Source of the DNA: Tubiluchus corallicola
Taxonomy: Eukaryota > Animalia > Priapulida
Direction of reading: 5' to 3'
Length of the DNA stretch: 64,000 nucleotides
NCBI GenBank assembly: GCA_030141605.1
Contig: JAQGDQ010000079.1
Location: forward strand, 186,001-250,000
Position numbers and translations under genes: made by a program. Below the pieces are notes generated by a model that had not been told where the DNA came from, did no database searches, and saw only the letters and a program-made list of their open reading frames with translations. Within the stretch, counting starts at the first letter, position 1, and each line of letters starts with the position of its first letter. This document shows, in pieces, positions 1 to 10,800 of the stretch.

Positions 1-694
1 TCGTCGTCGTCGTAACACCAATGCAGTCATAAGTAACAGTGGCAGCAACTGTATAAAGACAAGCAACAGCAAAAATAGTGTTAATCTTATTACCCACCTA
101 TTTAAATACAAAGTAAAAAATTATCACTACATCTATAAATTGTGCAAGCATCCTAAGTTTTCCACAAGGAATTTCATTTTCGCATTTCATTCAGCAAGTT
201 GTACAAATACGAGCAACCGCTTCGAATTAGTTGTTCAAAAATTTGTTTTTCCAGCTCTTGATGAATAACGGGATGCCTTTTTATTGGGTTCTGTAAATGC
301 TCAGGAGCACTGAACTATTTTAAAAACTTCAGGAGGAAGCATCTTGTTTGGTCATTTATACATGAAATTTTCAATGATTATGCGAGAGAAGTAAGTCAGC
401 TACTGAGTGAGGTATAAATCTCACAGCTTTTAAATAATGTTCTCTGGATTTTACTGTATTTTTTATTGCTGCTTAACTGCAAACAAATGACGAGCAGTGC
501 CCAAAGGTTACGTTTTGCTATCCAATAAATAAAAAGTTTTGCTTCGTTTGGCATAAATTTACCAACTCTTATTTTTCAGCCAATTTACATACATGCGTTT
601 CTGCACAATTCCAGTATTCTGTTATAGTGCGGTGAGTGGCCGAGTGGTCATGTACAAGTCCTCACTTTGAAGATGAAGCATATACGCAATGCGA

Positions 695-1536
695 ATGCAG
701 GTAATATGGCATAGGAAAAAATTTCATGGTAAAAACTGGCACAGGAAAAATGGCACAAAATTTAAAAGGGTTAGAGTTACAGTGTGGTGGATATTTATTT
801 TAGCTATTTTTACCTCTGCCAAAGAAGTTATGCTTTCTTTGTTTGTTTGTCTATTTGTTTGGTTGGTTTTTTGTCTGTTACGGCAGAAAATCTATTACGC
901 CAAATTCCAAGAAACTTTGTGAAGAAAGGCGGGTATAGGATGCCAGAATGCGAATCTCTTCGCCGGCCGAACACCACGTACAAAAAATCATTCGTGAAGC
1001 ACTTCGTGGAGGTCTCAGAGGGAGTGTTTAGTACTTCTTTTTTGTTATCTCCATCTGGACAAACAACTGCGAGTTCCATGGAGTTCTATTTCGAGAAATT
1101 TTCGCTTGTAAAACTCTCTATGACCTTTGCTTAATTAATGTGTATAGCCTTTCCTATAAAGTAACTTGGTACATTTTGTCAGTTTATTACCATCGCAAAA
1201 GTTAACGGTGAAATCGTAGATAAACACCGTTAGACATTAATGATTATAAATCCATTTAATGAATACCAAATTTTGTGAGTCTTTTGCTAGTTTACATAAT
1301 ACTATACAGGTACATTTTTGTATGCTTGTTTATTTTTGTGTAAAGTTTTTTGAATCAAAAGAATCAGACAAATAAGTTTAGAATTGCGCGGTTTTGGTAT
1401 CTGCTTCTTACTGAGCACATTCTAGTTTTATTTTAGAAATCAATTGTATCAAATTTGCTATCAATTGTATGTGACATTTTTTCCTGTGTCATTTTTACCG
1501 TGCCAATTTTGTCCCGTGCCATTTTTGCCGCGCACC
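695..1536. mobile_element. Non-autonomous TIR DNA transposon (MULE-like MITE) with sub-repeated terminal inverted repeats
   Basis: Left end ~695-758 (GGTAATATGGCATAGGAAAAAA..GGTAAAAACTGGCACAGGAAAAATGGCAC) matches the reverse complement of ~1470-1536 (GGCAAAAATGGCACGGGACAAAATTGGCACGGTAAAAATGACACAGGAAAAAAATGTCAC). The TIRs are built from ~15-nt GGxAAAAATGGCAC sub-repeats. Superfamily is inferred. Confidence 0.6.
807..1428 (+). mobile_element. Non-autonomous Helentron/Helitron2-type element (HINE/DINE-like)
   Basis: Starts TTTTTACCTCTGCCAAAGAAGTTATG followed by a (GTTT/GTCT)n microsatellite and ends CTGAGCACATTCTAGTT, the typical HINE layout. A related copy lies at 38850-39003. Confidence 0.55.
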
Positions 1537-2181
1537 ACTCAAAGCACATGCTGTAAAACTTTCGATTTGTCACAACATAAAATAATCATTTTTTATTTTT
1601 TCCAAAAAATTATCATGTTGCAGTTTAAAAAACATTCTTTGTAATTAGAACATTTCTGTAGAAACTTAGAAAATTATAGCCATCCCAAGTTTCCATCATT
1701 AATTTTGGTGGCATCATGATGACCTGCATACTATCTAGCCATAAAAGATATGATATTATACCAAAAGCACCCAGCGTCTGTCTTCCAGTGTCCAGCATCT
1801 GGTTGCTGGCTTTTAGCGTTACTTAGTAGTTAACATCAAAGCGTCTAGTGTGCAAACTCTAAGTTCTTCGCAGGAAAACAAAATGGACAATATAAAATTG
1901 ATTTTTGCAATGTTTCCTTTTTACATTATTTATACGTATAATATCGCAGGCCCTGAGGCCCAGTCATCATTATTTAGGTGGTTGTGGAACATACTCTGCA
2001 TACTCATAGGAATTAAAAAAGTTTCCAGCGTCCGATGCCAAAATCATTGCTTCATCACCCATCAACAATATAATCATACCTTCTTCTGGCTTCCAGACGT
2101 TGGGCGATTTGGTGTAACGCAATTACGTTTTACCTGACAATTTCACACCTTTTGTTAATACTTTTTCATTGGTCAAATTTG

Positions 2182-2198
2182 TGACGTCATCATGACGT
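2182..2198. promoter_or_regulatory. CRE/ATF palindrome plus adjacent half site in putative HRG-1 promoter
   Basis: TGACGTCA at 2182-2189 and TGACGT at 2193-2198, in a CpG-richer patch ~200 bp upstream of the ATG at 2384. Confidence 0.45.
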
Positions 2199-2383
2199 TT
2201 TGCGCTTGGCGCAACCTGTTTCGCTAACTGGGTTAGTGAACTTCGGGTTTTAACGGCGTGTGTTATCCTTGAAACTAAAACTGAAAGTTTTATGAGTTTA
2301 TAAGTTCTTTTATGTAGCAGTGTGAGCTGCACTTGGAGCGCATCTAGTTGTGTTTGCATTGCGTTTCTATAAAGTTTATAAAA

Positions 2384-2522
2384 ATGGCTGTGCCTTCGGT
2401 GGGACTAATGAGATGTCGACTAGCATTTGCGGTGATAGGTGTCATAGTTGGTCTTTCAATTCTAATATGTTTTGGCGTTAGCTATCGCAATTATAATACC
2501 GCATTGTGGGGTGGACTGTCAG
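2384..2522 (+). CDS. SLC48A1: HRG-1 coding exon 1
   Basis: MAVPSVGLMRCRLAFAVIGV..ALWGGLS; donor G|gtaggt. Confidence 0.88.
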
Positions 2523-4509
2523 GTAGGTTTGCGTTTAGTGAAGGCTTAATAATTTCGTTTGGATTAGGTACTATACCTATTGGAAATATTAAAAGTTTAC
2601 CATGTGTATCATCACGTGCTTGTAGGTTTCTAGTTGGGCGCACAAGTTGCTTTGCAATAATAATAGAAATTAAATATAAATATACGTATTTAGCTTAATA
2701 GCAGTAATGGTAAATTGATAATAAGTATAATAGTCATGTCATATTCTTTTCTTTAATAAAATTAAATTCAGTTTTTATTTTTCTGTTAAGAAATCAGCAC
2801 CTGCTGCTAAGTGCTATACTTTCAGATGTAGAGACTTGTCTCACAACTTGTTGCGCAAATTTTCTCTGAGAGTAAAGTTGCAACACATGAACGGTTTAGC
2901 AACTTCTCTCGCGATGAGTGAATGGCTTGGCAACTTCTCTCGCAACTTGTTGCAAAGTGTGAAGTCAGGGAGAAGAGAGATGTTGCGCAACAAGTTGCGA
3001 GAGAAGCCTCTCCATCTGTACACGCCATTACACAAACTTTGGATTTTTTCAGTCTTATAAATATTAATTAGACCTACACAATATCTTTCACTTAATTTTT
3101 AGTAATATTTTTTAAATTTTATCTTTTAGTCAATAGGAATAACTCATTTGGCTTATGTTGTTCATTTGTGCACTCGGCTTTAAATAAAGATTATTATATA
3201 TGTATGTAATTACTTCAAAACTTATTAATGAGTTCAAATGAAATGTTTTATTAACAGGTATATTTGCTGGAGCAACATTATGGCTGCACATCATGTATCG
3301 GAGAGGTTATTTGATAAAGTGGGTACCTCATCTTCGCACAATCATGCTGACTGGTTGTTTTATTCAGCTGGCTGGAATTTGTGGTTTTGTAGCTTACATT
3401 GTCCTTGCAGCAACATTAGATCAGAGTATGTGTGTATTAATTAACTTATTATTGTTGTCCTTTCACCAAATTAACTGTAATTGTCATCATTGCTCCTCAC
3501 TGATATATAGCATAAACTATGTCAAGAGAAAGCATTCTGTTTCGCTTAGCATAACCTACTAATTACCCTCTTCAGCATACAAATATCTAATTGTTGTGCT
3601 TCTGTGACCTGAAAACTGTGGGATTAATTTTTTCAATTAACTAGCTGGTTAGAAATTTGCTGAAAGACAGACTGGATGCTTAAATGATAAATTAAAAAAC
3701 ATGACATCACCCAGTATTCAACACTACAAGATGTGTTGGAGGACGTTGAGTTTTTCAAACCACTATTCCAATCTCACCTCCAAGACTGCATGCTGTAGGA
3801 GACTTGTGAGGCTATCACACTATATTTTGAGGGCATGAGAGATTCCCTATTGTTTGAGCTATACTTAGACATGGTAAATTTTCTGTCCTGTTACGCTTTG
3901 TTTTTTGTACCTCCATGTATAGGCTGCTAGATCCAGTTATGCAAGTTAATACAAGTAAAGGCGCTACTCTGTCCCATATGCACCCTGAAATTTTCAAAGT
4001 AACAAATGGCCAAATGCAACTTGAAACTATACTGTCCCCACTTGGTTAAGTGGAACTATTTTTTAAAATAATAAAACTTAGTCTTGTAGATTGTTTTCTC
4101 TTTGTGGTGGAAGTGTGCTTACTTTCTCTTGAGCAACGAAAGATAAAAACTATTCTTCTTAGAGTAGGACAAGATTTTGGAATTTTTATTCTTGCAGTGT
4201 GTTGTTGGACTTTTATTAATCTCATATACAATACTCTACAAACATTTTAATGACAATCGAAATCATTAGCTGACTTAGAGTACATTACTTTTACAGCTTA
4301 TGCCTTTTTCAGAGCTCACGCCATATGATGATGGCTATTACCTCACTTCTGTCTGGTGTTTCATGACTTGGAAGTGGGGGTTCATGTTATTTTATTTCTC
4401 TCGATCATACCGACGTTTACTCACTTCAGAGGAATATCATCCTCTCACTAATTCTGTTGACCATGGGACGGAGTCCAACAAAATGAGTGACCAAATTAAT
4501 AACTGCTGA
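2384..4509 (+). CDS. SLC48A1: Heme transporter HRG-1 (SLC48A1 family), 3 coding exons, 167 aa
   Basis: Exons 2384-2522, 3258-3425 and 4313-4509 have GT-AG boundaries and matching phases (504 nt). Four hydrophobic helices. Motifs YRNYNTALWGGLSGIFA, TM2 His (WLHIMY) and VWCFMTWKWGFMLFYFSRSYR are typical of HRG-1. Confidence 0.9.
2823..3026. mobile_element. MITE (PIF/Harbinger-like) in HRG-1 intron 1
   Basis: ~37-bp imperfect inverted repeats: CAGATGTAGAGACTTGTCTCACAACTTGTTGCGCAA versus the reverse complement of TTGCGCAACAAGTTGCGAGAGAAGCCTCTCCATCTG. Internal GCAACTT sub-repeats. Confidence 0.7.
3258..3425 (+). CDS. SLC48A1: HRG-1 coding exon 2
   Basis: aacag|GT ATA TTT..; IFAGATLWLHIMYRRG..LAATLDQ; donor A|gtatgt. 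Confidence 0.88.
4313..4509 (+). CDS. SLC48A1: HRG-1 coding exon 3
   Basis: tttttcag|AG CTC ACG; LTPYDDGYYLTSVWCFMTWKWGF..QINNC*. Confidence 0.88.
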
Positions 4510-7500
4510 CAGAGAAAGCAAATCTAGTACATATTTTATTTGGATTAGGCAGCGGAAAATTGAGAGCAAATATGCATAGAGAAAAAAAGGAATGCACAGT
4601 AGAATTCTTGAAGACTAAAGAAGTATTTGTTGAATTTCGTGATTAATTTTAGCAATTTTGCTAGATGTTACTAGTACATAACGCTGTGGCTTTAACTTCT
4701 AACATGTGTTTTTTTCATTTGCAAAGTGAATACATCGTGTGCAAAAATTGTTAAGTTTATCAGATTAAATATCTAACAATTTTTTTGTTCATTTTCATTT
4801 AAAGATATAATATAGAAAAAACCTTATGATGTGGAAATAATCCTTTTGACAAGAATTAAAATTGCTTGATTATTTATAAAATTAACTTATAATATTCATT
4901 ATTTAGGTGCTAATTTTGTGATTACTTGAACACTGGGTGCTTTTTTAATTTTATACACATGTATTGAGATTTTTTAGTATGAATTCTTAGATCGTAAATA
5001 TACAGCAGCATAATGTTACGTGGCCTGAATATGTTTTTCCCTAATTACTAATTTCTGACACACAAGTTTTGTATCTGTTTCGTCATATTAGGCAGCTTTT
5101 CATTGCACAAGTTAGTTATACTATTTTCTTGAACAAAGTTCACATCTTTTGTAAACAATCTATGTAGATCAGTAATCAGCCTGTGATACTGTAGTTAGCT
5201 TGTTATCAGACTGTGATTTTTTTACATAACATTTTCTCCAGGGATTAGTAGATGTATAGCTATAATATTAAATCAATGGTCAGTCACAGGACAGGCCTAT
5301 GATCCTATTGGATACATGTTAAAAGGAATTTGTAAATACTGCATCGTGAAATGAAATTATATTTATACCATCGTGAAGAACTGAAAACTTTTTAAATTAT
5401 ATTTTGACAACAGAGCAGAAAAAAAATCAATAAACTTAAGTGACTAATTTATTTTTTATTTTATTTGAAAGCTTGGTAACCATTTTCGACTCTACAATTA
5501 CGAAAACATCAAAGTTATTGCAAACGAGCGGAAACAACAAATGATGAAAAGGAATTTATACAACAAAGAAGAGGTTTTGCAATATCGTTTAGATGCATGT
5601 ATGCATTTTCGGTACAACAAAGTCACCTAGCCGATCTAACTAATGCAAAAGATAGCTTTTCTTTATGCAGCTTTGCATTAAGCTTATCAAATGCCTTACT
5701 TCTGAAGTGATGGATTGGTATTATTATGTCCTGTTTCCTTTTTTTTCAAAAATGCACAATACAGTCTAAACAAAGTTGGAAAGAAAATGAACACAATACT
5801 TGGCTTCATACTTGTACTCTTAAACACATTGTAAAACCTCTCCAATACCCTATTTTCTTTTCAGTAATTGTTATCACAAAAATGAAACGCACAACTGAGC
5901 ACCAAAAGAACATTCTTCAAATTTGTGTAAACTTGTTTTGCTAAATTCTTTAAATTAAAATTATTTAATTGCTGCACATAAAGATTAATTCATTTTTGAT
6001 ATTCCAATTACTCTGAATACTGAAACATTAACAAAGTATCAAATGAATTGAAGTCTAAAGATTCAAACAAACATGGTCGTAATGCAAAAAATACCGAGTA
6101 ATACCAATAACATTAACAAATGCTGTCACAACTTGCAAAATTATGTAGTCGAATAATTCTTAGATTCGGATGTTCTTTGTTAAAGGGCCCCAGGGCTAAA
6201 ATGTTTAAAAAATATCACTAAAATTATTTCATAAAAGAGATACAAGACTAATCAGTGTGCTCTTATAAGTGAAACTCAACGCATTGTCCCTACATTTTAA
6301 AAGAAAATTTGTTACAAAAACGTGGTCGTAGATTCGAGACGATTTTATAACCACATTTCTTTGATGTATTAACATCAGTTTGCTGTCTTGATTGGAGTCC
6401 ACAGTAAGCTAGCTTAACAAAAACTACAATCTTTCTCACTTTATTCACACAATCATCAGAAACAAAATTCAAAAGAACACGCACAGCAAAATTACACTTC
6501 TAAAGTTCACTACACTAGAAGTAATACAACACAAATGTAAAATAACTGACACTAAACATGTACTGCCAATCCATAATTACGCTGGAGTAGTCAGGCTAAA
6601 GACGAACAGAAGCAAGTTTTATTGAATTTTCTAACAATCCTCCAATTAAACACAATGTACCATACTATATTAGAAGTATATTTTAAGACCATACAGACAC
6701 AGACATTTAGTAAAAAAGTGCCCTGTAAACTGAGTACAATATAGTAAAACCAACCTGTATAAAATACAACTACATTTTGAACTGGAAAAAATACTAACTA
6801 CATCACTTGCACCTAATACTCCTATGCTCAATAATCCGACTATATTGTGATGCATTTGTTCTATAAGACTTTATGACAATGTAGCAAAACTAATAGATTC
6901 TCATCTATGCTCCCAGAGGGATTACAAAACCTTGAAAACACTTATGAATACAATGCAAGGTTAGTCACTAACCTAAGTACCAGTCAAAAATAGAACTAAC
7001 ATTCAGTACTAAAATGACAATAAGTCACTAAAAAATATAACGTAATATGAGACCACATGACGTAAACATCTTTTGAGGAAACATTACAAACTGAGCAAAT
7101 CTCTGAATTATAGCCTAATAAATTACTCTGATGTTTATAAAAAATATGTACAAACAGAAAACATTCATTACACATCACACATTCAGTCAGTACAAAACAC
7201 ATTTGCTTTAGCACTGGCACTGAGTTGAACTGTTATGGTAGTCATACATTATCCACGCAAAGACAAAACTATGATTATTATTATTATTAAATTTGCAAGA
7301 GTCACACAAACACAGTATTAAACACTATGAAATTGCACAAAGCAATGTACAAAGTGGAGTAGTTATTACAAAATAATTGCAGCATCAATGCTAGAGTAGA
7401 TTTGTATGCAGATTCACAATTGGCTACTGTTAATAGTACTCACAAAGCTTTCTCTCCCATTCAGTTTGATAGATTCAACAATGACATATTTCTTCTGACA

Positions 7501-7671
7501 ATTAACATTTCGCAACTTTTAAACAGTGTGAGGTAAGCTCGTTATAACGAGATCGGTGGAAGCGTGGAACGTGTAATAGCAATAATTTCTTCGATAACTC
7601 TTATACTTAGACTGAGACTTAACTTGGTCTTATACTGATAAAGAAGACTTTTCCAACTTACAATTAATGGG

Positions 7672-7877
7672 CTACACAGACCAAAAAATGTATAAAAACA
7701 CTGCAACGCAGAGAACGACAACCAACATGCAGTTTAAAAAGATCTTTGCTTTTGGATCTTGCTCTAGCGACGAGAGAGTGTGCAAATGCTTCCGGAGTTC
7801 CTCACTCGCCTTCTGACCCTCCGGCGAATAATCTAAGCCAATTAGCCAATTCCAAATCTTTTGACAAATTCCTCGAC
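7672..7877 (-). CDS. SLC5A3: SLC5 last coding exon, distal copy (C-terminal TM14)
   Basis: tttttag|GT CGA GGA; [67 protein letters not shown]. Not present in the ORF track. Confidence 0.85.
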
Positions 7878-10800
7878 CTAAAAAAGCAATTTAAAATAAA
7901 AAACTAAATCTAAATTAAACTAATTAAAATCTAAAATAAAAAATTAAAATCCAAAATAAGAAACCAAGGTCCTGGCTTTATGAATAAAGTCTTTCACATA
8001 AAGTAATAAAATTTTAACAAAATATAATGATTTTGTTATAATAGACAATGTTGACTTATAATAAACAATAAGTCACAAGAAGCAAAAAACCTTTTCAATG
8101 TAATAATTTCAAAACAGATTAAAAAATAAGCACATAATTATTATGCTTTAACTAAATCTTCGTACATAATAAAAAACTTGAAGTAAGTAAACTATGTGTG
8201 AAAATGTATAAAAACAAACCAAGAAGGAAAAAATTAACAACAAAGCTGCATTAGCAAATCAGAGAAAAATTCTACTGCAAGCACGAAACTGGTTTTATCG
8301 CACGCTGACAATCCACAACCTGAAGCTACGGTCAAAAATGCAACATCAACATTGATAGTGCTACTATATATATGATGATCACTACATAACACTCAAATTA
8401 TTTGTAAGAACTATCAGTATTAGACCTACAAAACAAAAGACGTACGAAAAGTATGAAAAGAGTCGATGTCTTCAAGTTAAATATGTACTGGAGTGTGAAA
8501 TATGGTTCGCAAGCATCGCTTGTAAGATATTCTAATGAAAATAATGATGACTAGCTACGATTTGATTTACTATATATATATTATAATATATATATTCCTA
8601 AATCTTTTGCTATTTTCAGGGTGACATGCTCGAAATCACATTTTAGGAATAACGTTACATATTTTTCATATTATACAACTCCATTGCTACTTATTTTTAC
8701 TTTGCCTTAAGTCTAGCTTTTATACAGCAGTACTTCATTAGGAAGCAATCTTCATTCAAATGCAAACAGCTTGCGAACTTATTGGATACAGTTGCAAGAA
8801 CTGCATAAACTCAGGAAAGTTGAACCAATGATAACAGTACGTTTTCTGCTGCCATGCTGACCTACCTTTTGTATATTACTTCTCTGGTTAATTATTCCCA
8901 AATCATCCACAATTTTTGTTATAATGATAAAGAAATACCATCATCACAATGCTTCCGTTACGATCTGATGCCAATTCCCGATGCCACAGATCAAATTAGA
9001 CTATACGGAAACTAGCTATTAGCTATAGCTCAAATGCATTTCACCACATTTCAACAGGTCACTTGTCCACATTCTACTGGTGTGATTTCGAATCCCAAAA
9101 TTGAATGCTAGAAGTAATATGAAGACAAAACCAATTCTGCAAGTGCCTGAGGAGAATACAGTGGAATCCACAAAACTTACGACATTAAAGAATTGTTTTC
9201 ACGCGTATTCCCTAGTAATATTTAACCTAACAAAATGCACTGTTGACGAAGAACTGCAAGCACATAATAATGCAAACAAGAGTCTAGTATACAATGAGCT
9301 AAAAATTCATTCATTGTATGAATTACTAGTAGCATGTAACAACTGTTCTAAAGCTAAGCAAAAATCAACAGCAGAAAAATAAGAAAGAGAAAATGTTAAG
9401 TAACAGCACAGAATGGCACAACTGTTATCACAATTTGCTAGCAACCACATACTCATACCTCAACCATTTTGAAAAGTCGACTCACTGCCCTGAATTGCAT
9501 TGTGGATTATAGTGACAAGCAGGCCACCAGAACGAGAAATAAAAGAAGCAAAAAGCTGCAGTAGATAATACAAAACAAAGAAGACAAGTGAGCAACAGTT
9601 TAGCCTTGGGATCTTGACTCAATGAGCTCAGTTCAGCCAAGTGTTTGCGCATTTGTGCCTCGTTTAGGCCACCAGGGGGCTCGTAATTATATCCAGTAAG
9701 CCACCTCCAGCATTTCTGCGACATCGATACTTTCTCTGCAAATAAGTAGCTACCAACTGAAAGAAACTAAAGAAAGTAGAGCATGCACAGCAAAATAATT
9801 AACTAAATGACCATTTATAAGGTGCAAAATCTTTACTGCTGGTAAAAATTTTAGAGACTAAATGACTATACAGTATTAAAAACAGGAAAAACATGTTCAT
9901 TAAATAATAAAACAGATCAACAAAAAATTTACCAAACTAATAAAAAACGTTTACAAGAAAAAACTTCCAAACAATCATTCACTGTTTGTTCACAGCCAGC
10001 ATTTGTACAACTTTTAAATTTCCAAGCCCATTTAGTGACCAATTCATACTCAGAACTATTAGTTAAAAAAACAGTTTTGGGGAGTAAATCAGAAGTGGTG
10101 TTAAGCTCAGGAACTAACCCTATTACACTAATTGAAATATTACAGATACAGTGCTGAAAAATAATAAAATCAAGATGAATAACAATAAGTTTCTCAAATA
10201 AAATTACATAAATAAAAATTATGCAAAGGAAAAAAGAAAGGCACTTGTTATATAATTCAGAGTTATACCAAATACAAACTTCACTTACTATAAGTAGCAG
10301 TGACTGTTAACTTTTTGTTGTCTTTGTCAACATCAGCACCACCATCTAAAAGAATAATACTCACATAAAATAAGTGAAGACACAGTTTAATTCGACAAGT
10401 AAATAATGTTTTATACTGAATAGATAAAACAAACAATTTTCTCTAAACTACCTTTAGGTTTCATAGGTATTACTTCGCCATTATGTTGTACACCAGCAGC
10501 TGTAAAAAGCAAGAAAACAAAAGATTACTGTCAGTCTCAATGCACGATAGTTCTCTTCCCAACTACAAAATTATATTTGTAACTGAACAGCCTAAAATAA
10601 TAAAGATTTTGAGACATAAAATACTCAGTGGGGTGGAGTTGTCCTAAACAAAAACATCTTCCACACGAAATGTCATTACAAAATTTTTGTAAATCAAAAA
10701 AAATATCGATATGTATCTAAATTATGGAAGCAATAATAACTGCAAAAAATGTCATCTTTTTAAATTATGCAAATCATGTTTTTAGTGCTTCTCTAAGAGC

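Noticed and set aside
170-540. Minus-strand protein-like stretches (e.g. FSAPEHLQNPIKRHPVIHQELEKQIFEQ..)
   Set aside because: Frames are interrupted by stops, with no recognisable family or coherent splice structure.
630-660. tRNA A-box-like GTGGCCGAGTGGTC (also a B-box-like GGGTCGAATCCC at ~54041)
   Set aside because: No partner box or cloverleaf; at most SINE debris, not tRNA genes.
689-1644. ORFs 689-922, 784-1134, 828-1079 and 1444-1644
   Set aside because: They lie within non-autonomous transposon sequence and translate microsatellite or TIR sub-repeats.
2822-3060. Three overlapping ORFs in HRG-1 intron 1
   Set aside because: By-products of the palindromic MITE.
8866-8883. 18-nt possible microexon between the two SLC5 last exons
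   Set aside because: Poor polypyrimidine tract, and a stop in the phase-1 reading.
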